Assembly (NCBI GenBank): GCA_964568775.1
Contig: CAZMQW010000004.1
Coordinates: 164-64,163, forward strand
DNA: 64,000 nucleotides
Source: an uncultured Candidatus Saccharibacteria bacterium
GTDB taxonomy: Bacteria > Patescibacteriota > Minisyncoccia > Minisyncoccales > MHMH01
Direction of reading: 5' to 3'
Shown: piece after piece, positions 59,006-64,000 of the stretch
Position numbering within the stretch: position 1 is the first letter of the stretch
How the letters are laid out: each line of letters opens with the position of its first letter
Made by a program: the position numbers and the translations under genes
Notes under the pieces: model-generated
Told to the model about the DNA's origin: nothing
The model's input: only the letters and a program-made list of their open reading frames with translations
The model's database searches: none

Positions 59006-60184
59006 TTAAGATATCTGTTTCTTTCTTTTTCTCTTTTTGGATAGGAATAATAAAATAACGAGTATAACTACAACAAGAATTAAAATCCACCACATATTTA
59101 CCTGACCAAAGAAACCACCAACTGCGGCTAAAAATATGTTTGAATCCCCTTCTTCTTCAACTATCTCTGCTGCTTCTTCTTCTTCTTCTCCTTCTTCTTC
59201 AATGGTTTCTTCTCCTTCAGTTCCTTCTTCAGCCTCTCCTTCAATAATTTCTCCGCCTTCTTCTCCTTCGGTCTCTTCAACTACTTCTTCTCCCCCCTCT
59301 TCCTCTTCAGTTGTTTCTTCTTCAGTTGTCTCTTCCTCAGTCTCTGTTCCTAAAGTAGTAAAACTATGCTCAGTGCTAATTGCTAAAGAAGCATGAGAAA
59401 CACAACGATAATAATAAGTACTACCAGGCGCTAGCCCAGGAATAGTTACCGAATGATAAGTTACCTTTGTATAGTCTTCAGGATTGGGATAAGAGTGAGG
59501 GTAGCCATAAGTGGTGGTGGCTAAATTAAATTCATAATCTTCGCCTTCAAGCGCATAAATCACCCAGCTGGTAGAAGGATAGCTGGTATTCCAAGCTATA
59601 GTTACGCTTGTTGTGGCAACGTCTGGTATTGCTTCATTAAAAATTGATAAACCAGGTGGAATGCCGCCGCCTCCACCACCGCCGGTTCCGCCACCTGATG
59701 GCGGTAATGGCAAGCCGCCTTCAGTGCCTTCAAAACCAACTAAAATATCAAAGCCTAAAGTTTTTTCCTGGTAGTCGTTTTCAGAACCAGGATTAAAAGT
59801 AATTATAAAATCATACTGAGTTTGATTTCCGTCAGCCAAATCAGAAAGATAGGTTTCACCCTGACTAAAGAATTTTTCCAAAGTATCGTTGAAAATAGCT
59901 GTTGTTCCTTCTTTAATAGTTAAATTTAATTGAGAAGAAAGATCATCAGGATCGATTTGATTTATGGCTTCGGTAGCGATTCTTTGAGTTTCTCCAGAGT
60001 TATTAGTAACTTTAACCCAACGGGTAACACTATCTCCCGGCAAAAAATTAGCTTGATTAAATAAAGGCGTGCTTTCAAACTCCACTTCTAAAGGAGAAAC
60101 AGCCTGAGTTGAAGAAATAGACAAAAATCCAACACCAAAAAAAGTGATTGAAATTATTAAAATTGTTTTAGTTATCTTATTCAT
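59006..60184 (-). CDS. fibre-locus accessory protein: signal peptide, TasA-body-like domain, poly-Gly linker, Fn3-like domain, polyacidic tract, C-terminal TM + KKRKRKK
   Basis: FLPGDSVTRWVKVTNNSGETQ...NDYQEKTLGFDILVGFEG, GGGTGGGGGGG, SVTIAWNTSYPSTSWV...YYYRC, the (E/T/G)-rich tract, and WWILILVVVILVILLFLSKKRKRKK. Confidence 0.6.
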   Translation of the reverse strand: MNKITKTILIISITFFGVGFLSISSTQAVSPLEVEFESTPLFNQANFLPGDSVTRWVKVTNNSGETQRIATEAINQIDPDDLSSQLNLTIKEGTTAIFNDTLEKFFSQGETYLSDLADGNQTQYDFIITFNPGSENDYQEKTLGFDILVGFEGTEGGLPLPPSGGGTGGGGGGGIPPGLSIFNEAIPDVATTSVTIAWNTSYPSTSWVIYALEGEDYEFNLATTTYGYPHSYPNPEDYTKVTYHSVTIPGLAPGSTYYYRCVSHASLAISTEHSFTTLGTETEEETTEEETTEEEEGGEEVVEETEGEEGGEIIEGEAEEGTEGEETIEEEGEEEEEAAEIVEEEGDSNIFLAAVGGFFGQVNMWWILILVVVILVILLFLSKKRKRKKQIS

Positions 60185-60190
60185 AATTTA

Positions 60191-62080
60191 TTATTCACTA
60201 AGATTAATTTCAGAATCTTCCGTGTCTTCAGGCTCTTCACCCTCTTCTTCGTCTGATGTGTCGTCGTTCTCTGATCCTAGTTCTTGCCCTAGCTCCTCTT
60301 CGGGTTGATCTATTACTTGTTCTTCAATAGCTGGTTCTTCTTCTAAAAGTTCTTCACTTGGTTCTTCTGCTGGTTCTTCCTCGGTTGGTTCAACTGAAAG
60401 TTCTTCAACGGGTTCCTCTTGAGTTGCTTCTTCTTCAATAGGTTCTTCTTTAGTGGTTGGTTCCTCTTCCAAGGGTTCTTCAGTTGGTTCGTCTGGAATT
60501 TCGGTCACCTCTTCAGTAATTTCATCATCTTCGGTTTCAATATTTTCATCATTAATAACTGCATCAGTGGTAGTTTTATTGGTATTTTCATTAATAGTTT
60601 CTTCAACAACTTCTTCTTCATCAACCGGTTCTTCTTCTACTGGTTCCTCTTCTAAAGGTTCTTCAATAGAAAGTTCTTCCTCTATGGGTTCTTCTTCAAC
60701 GAGTGGTTCTTCTTCGACAAAAGGTAGCTCGTCAACACCTAACAACTGACTCAAACTACAAACACCTCCTTCGTCAACCTCGCCATCGCAATCGTTGTCA
60801 ACCTCATCGCAAATTTCATAAGTTGGCATCACGGCTCCAATGCATTTTCCCCAAATCCCTTGCTCGCAAATCTGCACTCCAATCTGACAAGCACCAATTT
60901 CACATCCACAAGGCCGGTTGGCACCATTTTGTTCACAAGTTTCACGAACTGGTTCTTGAACAATATTTTCCATAATAAATTCTTGGGTCTCTGCAATCTC
61001 TATTATCTCATCGTCACCTAATTGATTAAATGTGCCTGGGGTTGGAATAGGATCAACCCAGTTAGGAGAACCATCTGGTATTCTTGCGTAAGTCTTATCA
61101 ATTATAATTGCTCCATCATAAGAAATTGTATCTATTTCATTATTTTCACTGTCGTAGAGAGTAATTATATCGCCTTCATCATCTAAAATATCTTCTCCGA
61201 CTTTTGATAAATCAATAACTAACCATTCTCCAGGCTCAATTATTGTATTTGTCGTACTTCCGTATAGAATATCTGAATTTATTGTAATAATTGTACTTTG
61301 ACTTTCAATCAGCCAATTAGCAATATCCACCGGATAAGTATCGCCTCTATTGTAAAGTTCAACAAACTCTGGATAATCGCCAGCAATTGGCAAAAATTCA
61401 TTCAGAACAATAGAAGAAGGATCCGCTATATAATTACTGATATCTTCTGTATTTGAAAAACCAGAAAGATAGTCGAAATCTACTTGCCAGCCGTCAAAAA
61501 TAAACTTGAAATCGCAGAATTTATCTTTATAATTTTCCTCTGGAGTCCCTAATGGCAGGGAAACTTGGAAATACCATCTATCTTCTTGTCCTTCATATCC
61601 AGAAATCTCTATAGCTGGAAAGGTTAAATCCATTAAAGGGCCGCTGTATTCCAATTGCATATTTTGCCCACTGGGTCTTGGCCAAACAGTATAAAGCCAA
61701 GTTTTAAGCTGAAGCACCCCACAGAAATCATCGTCTCCGGAGATTTTTTCTGTTTGAGCTGTATATTTAAAAGGCAGTGTACCGTCATTATCAATATAAA
61801 TATCCCGAGCCACCGAATCGCCTGGTTTTAGGTCTTCAGCTTTATCATACGGGTAAAAGTTCGTTTGTCCTGATCTCAAATGAAAATCCAAGGTTCCGGC
61901 AGCAAAAGTATTAGCATTAGAATTTTCGTTATCAAAGAAATAAGCCAGAGTTTTACCAACAGCTAAAAGTCCGGTCCAGTTAAGACCGACAATTACAAAA
62001 AGTACAACTATCTTTAAAACAGATGTTTTTATAATTCCTTTATTCTGCTTTATTTGTTTTTTTCTTTTTAACCTCGCCAT
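60191..62080 (-). CDS. large TasA-like subunit fused to a lamin-tail domain, a Cys-rich DNDCDG module and a ~190-aa polyacidic (E/P) tail
   Basis: GKTLAYFFDNENSNANTFAAGTLDF (SipW-type signal/TasA N-terminus), VLNEFLPIAGDYPEFVELYN (LTD), CEICDEVDNDCDGEVDEGGVC, and EEPLVEEEPIEEE... repeats. Confidence 0.7.
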   Translation of the reverse strand: MARLKRKKQIKQNKGIIKTSVLKIVVLFVIVGLNWTGLLAVGKTLAYFFDNENSNANTFAAGTLDFHLRSGQTNFYPYDKAEDLKPGDSVARDIYIDNDGTLPFKYTAQTEKISGDDDFCGVLQLKTWLYTVWPRPSGQNMQLEYSGPLMDLTFPAIEISGYEGQEDRWYFQVSLPLGTPEENYKDKFCDFKFIFDGWQVDFDYLSGFSNTEDISNYIADPSSIVLNEFLPIAGDYPEFVELYNRGDTYPVDIANWLIESQSTIITINSDILYGSTTNTIIEPGEWLVIDLSKVGEDILDDEGDIITLYDSENNEIDTISYDGAIIIDKTYARIPDGSPNWVDPIPTPGTFNQLGDDEIIEIAETQEFIMENIVQEPVRETCEQNGANRPCGCEIGACQIGVQICEQGIWGKCIGAVMPTYEICDEVDNDCDGEVDEGGVCSLSQLLGVDELPFVEEEPLVEEEPIEEELSIEEPLEEEPVEEEPVDEEEVVEETINENTNKTTTDAVINDENIETEDDEITEEVTEIPDEPTEEPLEEEPTTKEEPIEEEATQEEPVEELSVEPTEEEPAEEPSEELLEEEPAIEEQVIDQPEEELGQELGSENDDTSDEEEGEEPEDTEDSEINLSE

Positions 62081-62555
62081 AAATCTTTTTTATCTCATCA
62101 AAAATAATGATAGCGGCTGGCACAATAATAATTAAGGCGAACCCTATTGGTTTTTTAGCAAAATCTACGGCATAACCAATAAACGGAACAGAAAATAAAA
62201 CTTTACCTAAAATATCTTTTTTGGTGATTTCTTTAATGTCCGGAGCGTTATTAGCATCACCTTTGGTAATGTAATAGGGTTCTCCTCCAGTTACTTTAAT
62301 GTCATGAATTCGGTGGGTGGTCGGTGTTTTTATTTTAGTTACCTTACCAAAAGAAATAACATCACCAATTTTATAGTCGTCCATCGGCTTTACCATCACA
62401 ATACCTCCCATTTTAATCGCCGGCTCCATTGATCCTGATTGAACAATCATCAATTTATAATTCCCGGTAATTGGAAAAATTGAAACAATTAATAAAACGG
62501 CGATTACAGCAATCAAAGCAATAATAATATAATAAATAATTTTAAAAGATTTCAT
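62040..62555 (-). CDS. sipW: signal peptidase I, archaeal/ER type (SipW-like)
   Basis: N-terminal TM segment, SGSMEP catalytic Ser box, TTHRIHDI His box, and a C-terminal TM segment. Confidence 0.8.
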   Translation of the reverse strand: MKSFKIIYYIIIALIAVIAVLLIVSIFPITGNYKLMIVQSGSMEPAIKMGGIVMVKPMDDYKIGDVISFGKVTKIKTPTTHRIHDIKVTGGEPYYITKGDANNAPDIKEITKKDILGKVLFSVPFIGYAVDFAKKPIGFALIIIVPAAIIIFDEIKKIYGEVKKKKTNKAE

Positions 62556-62581
62556 TTTGGCTGCTGACTATAATTTTTTTG

Positions 62582-63289
62582 TTAAGGAGTTATCTGATTT
62601 AAACCTAATTCAATATCAAACTGAAAATCATCGCCCATTGCAGTATTATTTGGAATACCGTCAAGAATCCAGCTGTAAGAAGGCCAGGTCTCACTGATAA
62701 ACATAACGGTAATACCCATATACAATTCCTCGCCCGGATTTAAAACAATGTTTTCTTCGGCCATCAAATCGGTATCTGTTGGTAAGCTATAATAGTCGCT
62801 TTCATTTGGATATCCTGCCCAGAATTTGCAATCTTCCCAGTCGTAGGAAGCTGGACGTTGCCCGGAAGTGTCATCAACCCAAAATACAATATACACTTGA
62901 TCAAGAAATTCTCCGTAACCACTTGCTGCTATTGAGTAGCCATCCGGATCTAATCTAAGATTTTCTGCATCACCTGCACTTTCTTCTGGGTCAATAACTC
63001 CGTTTTCATTAGTTGTTACATTAGTAACTTTATAAGACAATACACCCGGCAATGACCCGTTATTCTTTATTGTATAGGTAGCGGTGCCAAGGGTATCTCC
63101 AGGTTTCATATTGCTTATTTCAAATGGAATGAAAGCATCCTCCCCATTCACTTTCAAATCCAAGGTTCCAGTAGTAAAGGTGTTGCCGGTGCTGGTTTCG
63201 GTATCGCTGAAATAAGCGACTGTTCCGCCAATACCAATAGCCCCCGCCATACTAACAATTGACAAACTAATTAGGATTTTTTTGCTCAT
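62582..63289 (-). CDS. TasA/camelysin-like fibre subunit (235 aa)
   Basis: GGTVAYFSDTETSTGNTFTTGTLDLKV, PGD..., and the C-terminal DDFQFDIELGLNQ. Confidence 0.75.
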   Translation of the reverse strand: MSKKILISLSIVSMAGAIGIGGTVAYFSDTETSTGNTFTTGTLDLKVNGEDAFIPFEISNMKPGDTLGTATYTIKNNGSLPGVLSYKVTNVTTNENGVIDPEESAGDAENLRLDPDGYSIAASGYGEFLDQVYIVFWVDDTSGQRPASYDWEDCKFWAGYPNESDYYSLPTDTDLMAEENIVLNPGEELYMGITVMFISETWPSYSWILDGIPNNTAMGDDFQFDIELGLNQITP

Positions 63290-63389
63290 TATATTTTAAT
63301 GTTTATTTCTTAAAACCTTTACAGGTTGCCCCAAAATAGCCACAAGGAAAGGTTTGAGGCAACCGAAAGAGCTTCAAGGATAAATCCTT

Positions 63390-64000
63390 TTATTTATCTG
63401 TATCCGTGTAGGTCATCAAAGCCGTATCAAAGAGGTAATCTGCGGGAGTCCAGCTAGTCATCGGACCAGTTGTTTCACTGCCATTATTGTAGTCACTGGC
63501 TGTAACTAACCAAATCTTGGCACCTTCTGGATGATTCTCGTCTGCGCAAGTCCCCCAATCTGGAAGATCCATTCCTAAGTCTACACTACCACTGAAACTG
63601 ATAGTTCTGTTACCACTAGCTGTTCTTCCACAACCAATCAAAGCACCGTCTCCTGCCCATGGATCAGCATAGTAGATTAAGCAATATTTAGTATCTATCA
63701 GGGGCGCTTTTCCAGTCAAACTATAGTCAAAAGTCGGACCAGTAAGGTTGTAGGTTAAAGTAGCTTTGATATTATCAGCTTCATCTATAATCTGCCAATC
63801 AGGAGCTCCTGTTTTGTTTTCCAAAACGAGTTCACCTGTGAGCTGTTCAGCGTAAATTTCGATGTCAAAGGTCATTGTGTCAGCCTGTGCCCAGTTGCCA
63901 GTTTCCGGAACTAAATGATAGCTCTGGGTTACTTTCATGCTTCCGTTGGCTGGAATCATACCTAAGAAAATAGATTGGCCATTAATATCTGAAATTCTAA
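63390..64000 (-). CDS. TasA-like subunit with an extra C-terminal domain, 5' end outside the window
   Basis: The frame stays open upstream of the track Met to the window edge (...RISDINGQSIFLGMIPANGS...). TMTFDIEIYAEQ resembles the TasA-family C-terminal strand. Confidence 0.6.
   Translation of the reverse strand, partial: RISDINGQSIFLGMIPANGSMKVTQSYHLVPETGNWAQADTMTFDIEIYAEQLTGELVLENKTGAPDWQIIDEADNIKATLTYNLTGPTFDYSLTGKAPLIDTKYCLIYYADPWAGDGALIGCGRTASGNRTISFSGSVDLGMDLPDWGTCADENHPEGAKIWLVTASDYNNGSETTGPMTSWTPADYLFDTALMTYTDTDK

Noticed and set aside
59130-60720. Short periodic DNA repeats (ttcttc/ggttcttc units) considered as a possible CRISPR or tandem-repeat array, plus plus-strand track ORFs 59136, 60419, 60453 and 60703
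   Set aside because: The periodicity is 3-nt codon-level repetition encoding Glu/Pro-rich tails of the two minus-strand proteins. There is no repeat-spacer organisation, and the plus-strand ORFs are Ser/Phe-rich mirror images.

Overview
All calls are made by eye from the sequence and the ORF track; no searches were run. The window looks like a small-genome bacterium, probably Patescibacteria/CPR-like (inference). It uses the standard code: TGA ends conserved genes such as pcm and aspS. I found no tRNA, rRNA or CRISPR array. From 1 to 43.7 kb it is mostly housekeeping: ispF (3' end), pcm, mltG, rplJ-rplL with an L10-leader-like structure, efp, thpR, murC, aspS, a PBP5-type carboxypeptidase, mraY, murD-ftsW-murG, gltX, a Xer-type recombinase, a four-gene isoprenoid operon with uppS, rpmA, pyrG, rplI, an S41 protease, trx, mpg, an MFS transporter, and Doc/HTH and HicAB toxin-antitoxin pairs around an ATP-cone/Mrr-like nuclease. 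Most of these genes have no Shine-Dalgarno (SD) sequence, and many start 6-8 nt after a TA(G/A)(A/G)AT -10 box, which suggests leaderless mRNAs. From 43.7 to 58.7 kb there is an accessory island of about 25 minus-strand genes, mostly small and many with CxxC pairs. Most are stand-alone cassettes (promoter, perfect AAGGAGG SD, gene, hairpin terminator), and a ~35-nt intergenic element recurs at least 8 times. The island also holds small phosphoanhydride and nucleotide enzymes (MazG, CYTH, Prs, acylphosphatase, ATP-cone), a wHTH-GHKL-STAS fusion regulator, a PLP aminotransferase/decarboxylase pair, a decayed serine-recombinase fragment and a gene with an in-frame TAA. From 59 to 64 kb lies the best candidate for a new system: an expanded TasA/SipW-type fibre locus with at least three TasA-like subunits, an archaeal-type signal peptidase, and mosaic accessory proteins with lamin-tail, Cys-rich, Fn3 and polyacidic modules. 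Other points of interest are a PP-loop protein between mraY and murD (candidate MurL-type epimerase), a MazG-like gene split at an A9 tract, an AspRS lacking the insertion domain, and several promoter-to-terminator units with no convincing ORF.
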